Assembly (NCBI GenBank): GCA_040954595.2
Contig: CM082583.2
Span: 2,799,060-2,863,059, forward strand
Origin: Balanoglossus misakiensis
Taxonomy: Eukaryota; Animalia; Hemichordata
Direction of reading: 5' to 3'
DNA length: 64,000 nucleotides
The notes under the pieces are model-generated. The model was not told the DNA's origin. It worked only from the letters and a program-made list of their open reading frames with translations, and searched no databases. Shown piece after piece: positions 31,301-41,995 of the stretch. Made by a program: the position numbers and the translations under genes. Positions within the stretch are counted from its first letter, which is position 1, and each line of letters begins with the position of its first letter.

Positions 31301-34300
31301 TCAATCACTACGAGGAACATGCCTGCCAAAGTTCAATGCAATGTGACAAGCGGTTTCAGAGAAAACAATTTTTGACAATAATTGGGAAAAATATCCCCAA
31401 TAACACATTTCCCCAATAACACATTTATGCAAATATCACATTTTTTAACAACATACTACTTAGGTTACCCCTAGGAACATGCCTACTAGCCCGGAGACCA
31501 GGGCGTAGTAGGGGAAAAGGAACGCCCGGGGACAGTCTCTATTTACGCACCAAATTCTGTGCGCAGAACGACACGGGTGGTAAATCTTGTGTGTAAGCTA
31601 ATTGGTCACTCAATGTAACAATGTGTAAACCAAATGACATCATCGCATTCTAAATAAGGAAATAGAGGTGGAGTTATGTGTGAAATTCCCGCAACAGGAT
31701 GTGGGAGTGGTTTTGAAGGTGCATGAATATTCATAACTAAGCTATGTTAATTATATCATCCAATCACTGGCGCCCGTCAACATTTGATAGATCACTCGTT
31801 ATCCATTCGTTACTAAGCGACCCTGATCGTTGCCAGGGCTACTATCTTTCAGCTCAGCGGGCGGGCGTTGTATTCTAGATCAACGCCTGTGTCTCCGGGC
31901 TACATGCCTACCAAATTGCAAAGCAATCTGGCATGCGGTTTTTAAAGAAAAAAAATTGACCAAAAATGGCAAAAATTGCTCAAAATCATAAAAATGCAAA
32001 TTTTGCAACAATTTGAACAAAACTATGGTTACTCAGACAACCTTTAGGAAGCTTCATACTAAATTTCATATTATTTGCTGTGTTGTACTCTACAGCTGTC
32101 TTTCAGGATTTGAGAATTCAATTGTGCAGAAATATCATTGACAGATATCCATAAAACCTCAAATAATCGTCTTTCTACTAACCTCATTTGTACCACCTTG
32201 AGCAGCATATGTGAATGCACAAGAAAAATGATCCTGTAAAGAAAGAATTGTGAGGAAAATTGAATCATTATTTTCTTCTAATGTCAATGGAAAAATACAC
32301 ATTTATCCCTTGGTTCCAGGACCTGTGACTGATATTTTTTTTCAATGATCCATAGCAGAAAGTCATTGGTCACATGTGATTATTGATGAGTGTATAAAAA
32401 AACTAGTTCAACCCAAATTAATCTGGAAAATGCTTATATACATAATGTCATTGTATTGAAGCAGCCACTAAACTCACATAGTAATATGTTAAAGTTAAAG
32501 TAATTTGTACATGGACCAGGCAATTTGTGACTTGCATGCCTTGACCCTAACCCATCTGAACCACAAGCATTGTCAAAGCTGGGCACATTCGACCGTATAC
32601 AGTTCACAGGTGTCCCAACACTGCCCAGTATTAGGATATACAAGTACAGCTTTGGGGAGCACACCCCTGTACCAGTTGTGTGTCTGATTTGTACACACGT
32701 CCACTGGTACAGGGATGAGTCACACAAACCCCTGTACCAGTGATATGTGAAATCACCTCCATAGTCTGTAGCCAGGGCTATTTGGTACATATGCGTGGCT
32801 TGGGTGTAAACTGGCCTATCGGGCATTTATTACACCTCACTCTGTATTCCGTACTCTTGATTGGCTGAGACCGTACCACGTGACATAGAAAAGAACGTGA
32901 TATTACATGGTTGACAGAGTCTATGGCCCGTAGGTAGGGGCTACGGGCCGGGGATACGCGCGCGCTGAGAGAATATTGCAGGCTGAGAACAGGTTTTAGG
33001 TTCTGCGCATCTTTTCTGCGCATAACAAACTGTCGTTCAATGGCTTCCTTTACGATCAGTCAACTCCCGCATATATGGCTTCAAAGCGACACACAGGATT
33101 AACACCTGTTCAACTGGACGATATTTTACCGCAAACGGACAGTAAATACACCAAAGTCGCAACCAACAGCGCGGTTTCCTCAAGATTATCTGAGTTCGAA
33201 GTAGGTATGGCGAGATATTTTAGTTCGCTGCAACCTGCAACGTACAACATGGACGCAACCCTCTATACTGTATGTATGGTCAAATGTTCGGTATAATAAA
33301 ATCAATAACACATGTCATTGCCCTCGCTAACATGTGTTATTATTAAATTAGCACATGTCTTTCACCCCTCAGGACAGTGAGTCACCCCCCAAAACAGACT
33401 GTTTCACTCGGCCTTCAGCCTCGGAAAAGATTTTGTTTTGGGGGGTGACTCACAATCCCTTGGGTTACAGACGTAAGACGGCAGTAGCCATGTTGTGACG
33501 TATGCGTGTGGGCCGTAGTATCATTTTAAGGGGGTTGGCAGCTTTCATTACGATGGGCACATCCGCATTCTAAATAAAATTGTCTACGTTCTCTTTCAAA
33601 ATATCATGTTAACAATTATTTCGCATTGAGAATTTCGAAGAAGTAAAAATGATACATTCAACATGGCAAAACCGCCAGCTTTGAAAACTTTATTACAGCT
33701 TCTAATAACCAAATTTTACAACACCCCTCTCCACAAGCGTCCTATGCCCTGTATGTCGCTCACACGCGCAGTGAACTGTCGTGCCGTGCGTTCTCAAAAA
33801 TAGTTCGAGACGCGGAGTGAAGATATATTGCACTCAGTGTAATACCGTAAAATATCTTCGGGGCGAGAACAATAGAAAGTGCCAAATACAGGCGTTGTAT
33901 GTATGATAACATGAGGTTATTACGAAAATACCGCAAAGTATGCACGAGGACATTTAATAGCGCCAAGTATCGCCCGACGCGCATCTCCGTTAGTTCTTGT
34001 GTTGCATGTTACTTGGCTTTCAAAACGCCCAAAATGCCGATACAATCGATCGAAAACCGCTCAGTGAGCAGCCATCTTTCTTTTTTGTTTACGTACGTGC
34101 GCGTGCGTTGGAGTGGGGGTGTCTTGAAACCGTTCGCATAACAACGCATACCTGTACACGGTGAGTTGGGGCGCCTTGAAACTCAAAAGTTATTTAACGC
34201 GCGTTCCGTACGTACCGTTCCGTACGGCTTTTTATTGTTCTCGGTGCCAGATGTATAATAATAAATTGTAGCAGGTGCTGCCAGGTTGACGACTGACGAT

Positions 34301-35257
34301 TGCCCTGCGTACAGGTATGTGACGTAGCCATGACGCGTTGTGACGTAGGCAAAACGCCAGCGGGCCGAGTTGTAAAAACTCTTTAGTGAACTAGGGCGTC
34401 TGGGGTGCTCTCATCGAAAAGAGGGGTGCTCTTTAATTGATCGAAAAGAGGGTGCTCTTATCGAAAGGTTGGTGCTCTCATCGAAAAGCTTGGTGCTCTC
34501 ATCGAAAAGCTGAGGTACTCTCATCGAAAAGCGGGTGCTCTCATCGAAAAGCTTGGTGCTAATTTTGGCATGAATTACACTCCATAGAGGTAGCTCTGCG
34601 TACAGGTCTGTGTGTTCCCGACGTTACGCCGGGAACACACTAGCCTGGTCACCATACCCAGTGTGTGAGTCTATCTAAAACACACTGGGTATGGTGACCA
34701 GGCTAGGAACACACAGACCTGTACGCAGAGCTATGGTGGAGGCAGTGTACCACGGCCCCCTCCACACATCGTGACTGGCAGCACTTGCTGCAGTTTTGTA
34801 GCCCCAAGGCTCCCCTTGACGATTTTTGTTTTGAAGGGGAGTCGTGGGGCTACAAAACTGTGCACAATGGTACACAGGCGCTCAAGACGATCGCTTCGCG
34901 ATGGGGGGGGGGGGGGCTGCAGTTCGCGATTGGGTGGGGGTGGGGGCTTCAATACCCCTATAATATACTGAAGCCCCCACCCCCACCCCATCGCGAACTG
35001 CAGCCCCCCATCGCGAAGCGATCGTCTTGAGCGCCTGTGCAATGGTAGCATCCAGGTAGCATCGAACCCGGAAGTGACACGGAGAACCCCAAAACAATTT
35101 AACATACCTTTTTCCTTTCTACCGTTATAAGTTTGCCGCCTGGCTTAACATCAAAAACTTCTTCGATCACGTCATCTCCTTCTTGGGCGGCTGTGTTTAA
35201 GAGTATACACCCAAAAACAGTGAGGACAGAAATCGTATGTCTCAACATCGCCGCCAT
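25303..35257 (-). CDS. MYDGF: Myeloid-derived growth factor (C19orf10/UPF0556), 162 aa, 5 exons
   Basis: Exons 35257-35108 (signal peptide, FDVKPGG), 32233-32183 (FSCAFTYAAQGGTNE), 30437-30294 (WVMMI..SCTVERPGGRSYLFFQKFK), 27330-27270 (LRPEEYSV), 25385-25303 (FRSQLTKIMV..KTEL*). All introns GT-AG and phase-consistent; total 489 nt. Confidence 0.95.
25640..25961 (-). mobile_element. TTAA-flanked MITE (Kolobok-like) in the last MYDGF intron
   Basis: TTAA|AGTGCCTAGCTC..GAGCTAGGCACT|TTAA. Confidence 0.8.
26197..27074. mobile_element. Non-autonomous hAT-like element with 6-bp TSD
   Basis: 16-bp TIR CAGTGATTGGGAAGTC; AGTATC on both sides. Confidence 0.75.
31487..31902. mobile_element. MITE with TAG..CTA ends and 9-bp TSD (AcademH-like), inserted into a HINE-like repeat
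   Basis: TIR TAGCCCGGAGAC; TSD CATGCCTAC; ~330-bp core recurs at ~36500-36821. Confidence 0.85.
33912..34263 (-). mobile_element. Dispersed repeat, inverted and internally deleted copy of 63022-63472 (Crypton-like non-autonomous element?)
   Basis: Reverse complement aligns by eye with 63022-63472, lacking one arm of the long hairpin. Crypton assignment is tentative. Confidence 0.6.
34402..34560. repeat. ~22-bp minisatellite, about 7 units
   Basis: Unit GGTGCTCTCATCGAAAAG(C/A)nn. Confidence 0.9.
34591..34733. mobile_element. Palindromic TAG..CTA MITE containing a second MITE (34641-34705)
   Basis: Outer TIR TAGCTCTGCGTACAGGTCTGTGTGTTCC. Inner TIR TAGCCTGGTCACCATACCCAGTGTGT with 9-bp TSD GGAACACAC. 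Confidence 0.85.
34873..35039. mobile_element. Near-perfect fold-back MITE with 8-bp TSD (hAT-like), 68 nt from the MYDGF exon 1 donor
   Basis: TIR CACAGGCGCTCAAGACGATCGCTTCGCGATGGGG..; TSD CAATGGTA. Confidence 0.85.
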
Positions 35258-35278
35258 GATGGACTGCAAATAGCTCAG

Positions 35279-35297
35279 CCAATCACAACAAGCCACA
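35279..35297 (+). promoter_or_regulatory. Putative ER stress response element (ERSE) upstream of MYDGF
   Basis: CCAAT-CACAACAAG-CCACA matches CCAAT-N9-CCAC(G/A); 22-40 nt upstream of the ATG. Confidence 0.55.
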
Positions 35298-35574
35298 CAA
35301 CTGTATGGGGTGAGATTTCTGCCACTGTGCCAAAACTATGCATGGACGTCCATGCCAAAACTAAACTAATTTGAATAAAGTTTTGCTGTAAATTGGCTGT
35401 TTTGCACAGCAGTTCCTACTCTATCAGAAATTCATGGGAGGAACTACACACATAGCAAATGGCCACAGTACAGACACAGTCTGGTTCGTCACAGACCAAG
35501 TGGGCATCTTGTTCAGGGAAACAAACAAACAAACAAAAAACAAACAAACAAAAAATAGACAAATAATAATAAAT

Positions 35575-35640
35575 AATAAATAAATAATTAAATAAATAAA
35601 TAAACAAATAGATAAATAAATAAATAAATAAATAAATACA

Positions 35641-35687
<47 letters not shown>

Positions 35688-35690
35688 ATA
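35575..35690. repeat. (AAAT)n microsatellite
   Basis: Read directly. Confidence 0.95.
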
Positions 35691-37715
35691 CACAAACAAC
35701 CACCACCGCCGTCATGGATAAACAAATGTAGCCCCCCACCCCAATGGTTAAGTTGGGGGGGGGGGGCAAAGACATACTTTTGCCCCCCCCCCCCCCCCTC
35801 TCCAACTTTTGGGACTAAAAGTTACTTTTGAGTCCACAAAAATGCAGTTTTGAGCTCTTTATATTACAAAATGTTCTAATATGAGAGGGGGACACCCCCT
35901 CCCACACCCACCCCTTCATTCTTCAACACCTTTCATTCAGTGGCTAGTTTATCTAGTGTACCAGGGCAGAGTACTTGCCCCCCCCCCCACCGATGCCTAA
36001 CTTTGAGTTCATTGAAATGAAGCTTTATGCTCTGTATTTTATAACATTTTCTTCTTCACTTCTCTTTCTTTACCAATTCTACCAACTATTCTAATGACTT
36101 GTCATTTTAATTTATTCATATATTAATTGAATTATTTTAATTTATTTATATATGCAACTTCTCATGTAGGTTATCCATGAATTGCTTCCTACGCCCCTGG
36201 TGGTATGAGTGTCATCCTGTACTTGTAGGGCTTCTTATAGGTTGAAAATCAAGTGCTACTTGCTGCCAAAGTGGTACTAAAATGTGTACGTAATATACTT
36301 TGAAATGTTTAAGTTTTGGAAAAATTAGAGTTCATTGCCGAATCGCACGACATCTTAATATCCGAGTAATAAAATTGACATCCCTGAGTGAACACAAAAA
36401 AGCAAGAACAAAGGGTCGAAAAGTTAGCGTCTCCAAACACAATGAATGCGCTTGTGCCGCCATTTTGGAAATCTTTAGCCGAGGGCGTCGGTTCCGAAAG
36501 GAGACGCCCGGTGACAGTCTCTATTTACGCACAGAATTCTGTGCGTAGAACGACACGGGTGGTAAATCTTGCGTGTAAGCTATTTTGGTCACTCAATGTA
36601 AACCAAATGACATCATCGCATTCTAAATAAGGAAATAGAGGCGTGAAATTCCCGAGAAGGGATGTGGGAGTGGTTTTGAAGGCGTATGAATATTCATAAC
36701 CAAGCTTTGTTAATTATATCATCCAACCACTGGCGCCCGTCAACATTTGATAGATCACTCGTTATCCATTCGTTACTAAGCGACCCTGATCGTTGCCAGG
36801 GCTACTATCTTTCAGCTCAGCAGGACATACACTGCTGTGAAGGTGGCCATTCAAATTTCCCTCCGAGGCCAACTGCTAAGTACCCGAAACATGTAATTAT
36901 CTCAAACAGCGCCCTCACCATCTGTATAAATTACGACTTCTTTCTTCTTTCTCAATTCAGGGTGATGAGTCATCATCACAGTATTCTCACATGGATTATA
37001 ATCATCGCCTATTTTTCCTTCAGTCGATTACTTTTTATCATTCAAGCGACACATATTAAAACCTGATAACTTGTAGCCTTTTCAAAAATACTAATTCTAC
37101 TAAGCCAAATGAAGTAATGAAGAAATAAATTAATATAAGAAATTGCCACCTGTTAGGGACTGGTCAGTGTTTCCAGCTGGGGGGGGGGATACCCTGTTTT
37201 TGATACACTCGAGGTTAGTGTGTTTTAAATGCTCGATATATTATAAGACGCATACAATCACCACCTGAGGAGGTTCTTGTATAAAATCATAAACATACGC
37301 TTCGTGATGACACATTGGCCAAAATTGTAGAAAAAAGAAAAGGTCCAATCCCACATATTCTTGGGTGTCTGTGCTTTTTTCGCAGCGCCCAGGAAACCCT
37401 AACAGAGTTTGCACTATGTAACATGACCCAAATGAGGGTTTAATCTACAAATGTTCACTATCAAAAATTATACGTAAGAAATTGTAAAGTAATTCAAAAT
37501 ACATATGCAGCTATTTGTCGGAACATATCTGTGGAGCATCTCACTTTATGTTGAGCTGTTTAGCGGTACTTAACTGCATAAAGACATTGTTCGGTCTAAA
37601 TTTGTTATGTAACCCATTTTGACGAGTGTTTTAAAACTCAATTAATTAAATTTTGCTTAGCCTCAAAACTATGCCATAATGCTTCATGGCTTTCAAACAC
37701 TTTGGCTCATACTAA

Positions 37716-38430
37716 GGGACCGTTCAGTTTTTACAGCCTGAGGGCCGGCAAAATCCAGGGGTGAGTCACTTAAAGTTTGAAATCCAAAAGGGGGGGGGGT
37801 CATCTTTATTTTCGAAACGTTTGAGGGGTCATATACTTTTGCCCCCCCCCCCCCCCCATTTTTGCGCTTGAGTCCACAAAATTGCAGTTTTGAGCCCTTT
37901 ATTTTACAAAGTTTTCTAATGTGGGAGGGGGACACCCCATTCCCACACCCACACACCTACCCCATTCTTCACCACATTTCATTTATTGGCTGTTTTGTCT
38001 AGTGTACCAGGGCTGAGTACTTGCCACCCCACTCTACCGATGCTAACTTTGAGTGGCAAAAGTAAAATTTGTAATCCTCAACATTGATTAAATTTGTTCT
38101 GTTCTTGTTTTACCAATTATACCAACTATTGTATTGACTTGTCATTTTAACTTTATCGCAACACTATACTATGTTACACCTTTTATTTATAATTGAAGTG
38201 TGGGGAGCCTCTTTCCCTTTATTGCATACAGTGTACATAAGATGAGGACCGCGAGCACGCTCTTGATGGAAACAATCCTTTTTCTTCAACAGGTAGTTGT
38301 TTGCCTGTCAAAGGGGGGGGGGTCGTCATTTTTTGGTCCTTGGTGAAGGCGGGTCTGCCTGATTTTGAAAACCGATGACACAAACTTGCCGACCCCCCCC
38401 CCACCCCAGCCGTAAAAACTGAACGGTCCA
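37716..38430. mobile_element. PIF/Harbinger-type MITE, sister of 19755-21987
   Basis: Same TIR and TAA flanks; shared internal sequence. Confidence 0.85.
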
Positions 38431-38537
38431 TAAAAACAAAATCAAATGGATTAACCCTAATATAACTTATTTCAAAATCCGTTTATTAGGATAGCTTTCC
38501 GATGTGCAACTGAGATACGGCTCACAACTCCAGTGCG

Positions 38538-38544
<7 letters not shown>

Positions 38545-38613
<69 letters not shown>
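38545..38613. repeat. (AC)n microsatellite
   Basis: Read directly. Confidence 0.95.
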
Positions 38614-38614
<1 letters not shown>

Positions 38615-39408
38615 CGAGATTGTTCACATATGTTGCACGCCCACTACCATTTATTTTGGTAATCGCTAATCTTGTGACCGGTATCGCTTATCTTTATTTG
38701 CATAAATACAGCCAAATTTGGTTTCCAGTACACGCACCATTAAGTGCATTCTCTTTTTAAATTGTAGTATGTTGCCCTGCACGTAGCCTACTGCAGTTGC
38801 GTATAGACATAGACATATGTGGGATTGTTTGATAGTAGACAATACACAGAAATATCAGCTGCGTCATCATCTGCAGTTACAGTCCCTCTGTTCTGTAGTT
38901 CTCACCCATCCATCGTGTCTTAACATTTCTGATGTCTTTCTAAAGCGATTACGATAAGACTCACGTTTATCGTATTGCACAATATAACTGTCGACTGGCT
39001 CCATTCCGGAATTAAATCATTCTTGTCCTTTTCAACCATCCCAGAGGGTGGCCCACCTATTTGTCAACACAGACAAAAGTTTCCTTCTAGGTTTTCAGAT
39101 TTTTAGAAATTTCTATAGTCTCATTTCAGACAATCGTTCTTGGTGTGTCGAATCAAATATATATCACACAAAACAGGTTTGGAGAGTTGAAGAATAATTC
39201 GTCATCACTGATGGGACTGCACTCAATCACAAATGAATCTCGGCGGATGCACTTTACTCGGCTACATAAATTTCCACCACCTACGGTGTACTTTAAAATA
39301 TTTGCAGGTTTATCACTTGCTGTAAGTTGAACTGTGCAGACAAATTCGAGCCATCAAGCAAATAACACGGTGCAATGCGTTTATCACGCAACTTGGTACT
39401 ACCCTATT

Positions 39409-40581
39409 TCACCCATGGTCGTGACTATCGACGTCATGAACCACTTCCTCTTCTGATGTATTATCAATATGAACTAATGCGTATGCAGTCCAAGTATTCA
39501 CGCTTCTATTGTAGCTGGCCTCGTATTCTTGTAAAAGTGGTCCTTTCTCGCTCTCGTCTGTTTCCGAGGCAACAGGGTTGTGCATAGGTGAGGAAAACAA
39601 AACGTTTGCCCTTTCGAAGTCAACATCGCTATCTCTAAATTCTGGGACGCTGCCACTCTCAATAGAGTCGGAACTGTCCGTGTAATAATGTTCATTCTGT
39701 AACGCGGTCCGATAAAGCGGGAAGAGACTGCGTTTATTCGGCAAATATACGTCGTAGGTAGTTTTGGTCCCTAAGGCAAACTGATCTATTGTCGGGTACC
39801 TTGAATCATCTTGTGTGTGTCGATAAATAGAAAGGCACTTGTCGACATTTTCTCTTGGGATAACTTTCCTTTGTAAATCTGGTAGTGTGATGTCCGTTTT
39901 CGACATTCGCTGCTCAACGTATTTTCTGCGAGAAAACAAACTATGACACTCGGTTTTCGACGTACATGTATATTGATGCAACTTGTACGTAGGATCACTG
40001 TTCAATGGTTTCCTTTCGCCAGACAATCTTCTGAACAGAGTTTGCTGCAACACGCTTGATCCGTCCCGCGACACTCTTACTTTATGACTCACTGGTTTAC
40101 TTTCTCCTTTGGCTTTCAAAGTAGTGCTAACTCCCTGAGAATGGATCCTGTCGCAGTCAAGATCTTCTTTTGGCAATTGGTTACTTCCGATTGACGTATA
40201 TTTGAGCTTTCCATGTGCATTTTGTAGAGTGTCGTCAACTTGACAAATGGGTTCATCCACCGGGAAGTCGGTTTCTTGAACAGAAGGTTTCAGTTTTAAT
40301 CCGTCGTCGGTTTTAACAGACTGCGTGGTGGCATCGAATCCAACTGTGACGTCACTCTCACTAATTTTGGGTATTATGCTCTTGTATGTGGCTTCCTCGA
40401 GTTCAGGGGAGCGTAAACCGTGTTGGCAACCTTGAGTCAGAGCATACGTCACACGATCGAGTTGACCGAGAAGCGATCGTAGCTGTGTAGTCACACCACT
40501 CAGTTCATCTACAACAGTTTCCAGATCACTCACCACACTTTTCATCTGTTGCTTCACCTTTCTGCTCTCAACAGCTTTCAT
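39409..40581 (-). CDS. Largen (PRR16)/INSYN1-family protein (DUF4589-like N-terminal coiled coil), 390 aa, single coding exon
   Basis: N-terminus KVKQQMKSVVSDLETVVDELSGVTTQLRSLLGQLDRVTYAL resembles the recalled PRR16 KVKEQIKIIVEDLELVLGDLKDVAKELKEVVDQIDTLTSDL. The rest looks disordered. An alternative start at 40626 or an upstream exon is possible. Confidence 0.75.
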   Translation of the reverse strand: MKAVESRKVKQQMKSVVSDLETVVDELSGVTTQLRSLLGQLDRVTYALTQGCQHGLRSPELEEATYKSIIPKISESDVTVGFDATTQSVKTDDGLKLKPSVQETDFPVDEPICQVDDTLQNAHGKLKYTSIGSNQLPKEDLDCDRIHSQGVSTTLKAKGESKPVSHKVRVSRDGSSVLQQTLFRRLSGERKPLNSDPTYKLHQYTCTSKTECHSLFSRRKYVEQRMSKTDITLPDLQRKVIPRENVDKCLSIYRHTQDDSRYPTIDQFALGTKTTYDVYLPNKRSLFPLYRTALQNEHYYTDSSDSIESGSVPEFRDSDVDFERANVLFSSPMHNPVASETDESEKGPLLQEYEASYNRSVNTWTAYALVHIDNTSEEEVVHDVDSHDHG

Positions 40582-41724
40582 AATGCCCGGATGAAGAGAA
40601 ATATCTCCAGCAATGATGAACAACATGCATGTAATTATGTATCAACCGGCCATTAGTGGAACGACATCAAGCATGGCATACAACACTAGTATCCAAGGTG
40701 CTTTGCATATCGGTAAAATTCCACGAGTTCCTTTACCTTCGTGCAGTACCGATGTAAAAATGTGATACTGTGAGTCGTTTGTGTGGTGAAATGTTCACAT
40801 ATTTCCACCTATGTCCATTCATTTGCGGAAGCAGTCACATTTCCCAATAGACTCGCAATATTATAATTATAGAAGCAATTTCTCAGAGGTACAAATGAAA
40901 TGAATTATTTATCATTCATAACATGTCATGTCATGCCATGTCATTGGACGGTTTCCAAATCATTTTGCGCGTTGAACGATAATCCCTATTCTCACAGTGT
41001 CATCGATGACATCACCGCTGTTGTCCACTTGGATGGCACACCCCACGTGAGACAGTTTTTGGTCACACGTGACATGACATGACATCATTTGTCGACTATT
41101 CAGGCAGCCTTCTTACCCCGTGAGCATTTAACTCATTCTACACAAGAAGGCTGTATTCCCCGCTGGCAAGTCAATACGATGGATGCTTGAAATGTCAATT
41201 AATTGATGATAATAAGTAGGCAAGAACGCGTGTACTTCATTTGGAGTAGGCCAACAACGACGCTGTTCGTTCTGCTGATCCAATGTTACTGAAATAAAGA
41301 GAAGAATGATGTTGTAAATGAGCTTGGTCAAGAGGCATATCACATGACCCGACCTTGTCAATCAAGTATCCATTTTAAGACAATTTAAGTTTTTGTTCTT
41401 TTTGAAGAAAAAATGCGTTGACCCACGTTTCTGAAAGCCATGTCGAGTAAAACCCAATTCAATCGTGGTCTAACGAATATGCAGATCATGTGGAAATGTT
41501 ATCTACATCATCCACCACTGAGCTAAAGCCTACATCTCATGCTTGGCTGGCTTAGTACCATTGTCTGTAATCCCTTGCTATTTGGGAATTAATATGGCCG
41601 TAATAATGGCAGTTCAAGCCAATAACTGTCGTGAATGATTCAACGATCCCTTACAAATTACCATGTATATGACTGACTTCGGGACTGACTTACTGCAAAT
41701 TTGTTCACAATGGTGGCTCAGGTT

Positions 41725-41995
41725 AACATTGACAGAGTGTACAAAACGCAGAAAAGAGCATTGAGGATTCTACTTAATGCAGATTTTGATATGTCGAGTA
41801 ATGATCTTTTTAAAGCCGCTGATGTCCTTTCCGTTAAGCAGCGTATTTCCTATTTATTTCACTTGTATCTTAGTATTTAAATATTTTAGAGCTGTGCTCC
41901 TGCGTACATTGCTGACACATTTACGCCTTTAATGAATGACCATGATTATCCAACACGCGCAGCCATCACGCGAAAACTCATACGTCCTTTAGTTT
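41725..41995 (+). mobile_element. Decayed 3' fragment of a CR1/L2-group LINE
   Basis: Translates to DRVYKTQKRALRILLNADFDMSSNDLFKAADVLSVKQRI, then AP.YI..F...HDYPTR after a frameshift. Confidence 0.7.

Noticed and set aside
32434-32826. 130-aa ORF in MYDGF intron 1; also ORFs at 47957-48383
   Set aside because: No recognisable motif or supporting exon chain; cannot be supported without expression data.
33912-34263. Recombinase-invertible segment relative to 63022-63472
   Set aside because: The whole copy is reversed with one hairpin arm deleted; no internal inversion is needed.
34402-34560. CRISPR-like short repeat array
   Set aside because: Spacers are only 1-5 nt; this is a minisatellite.
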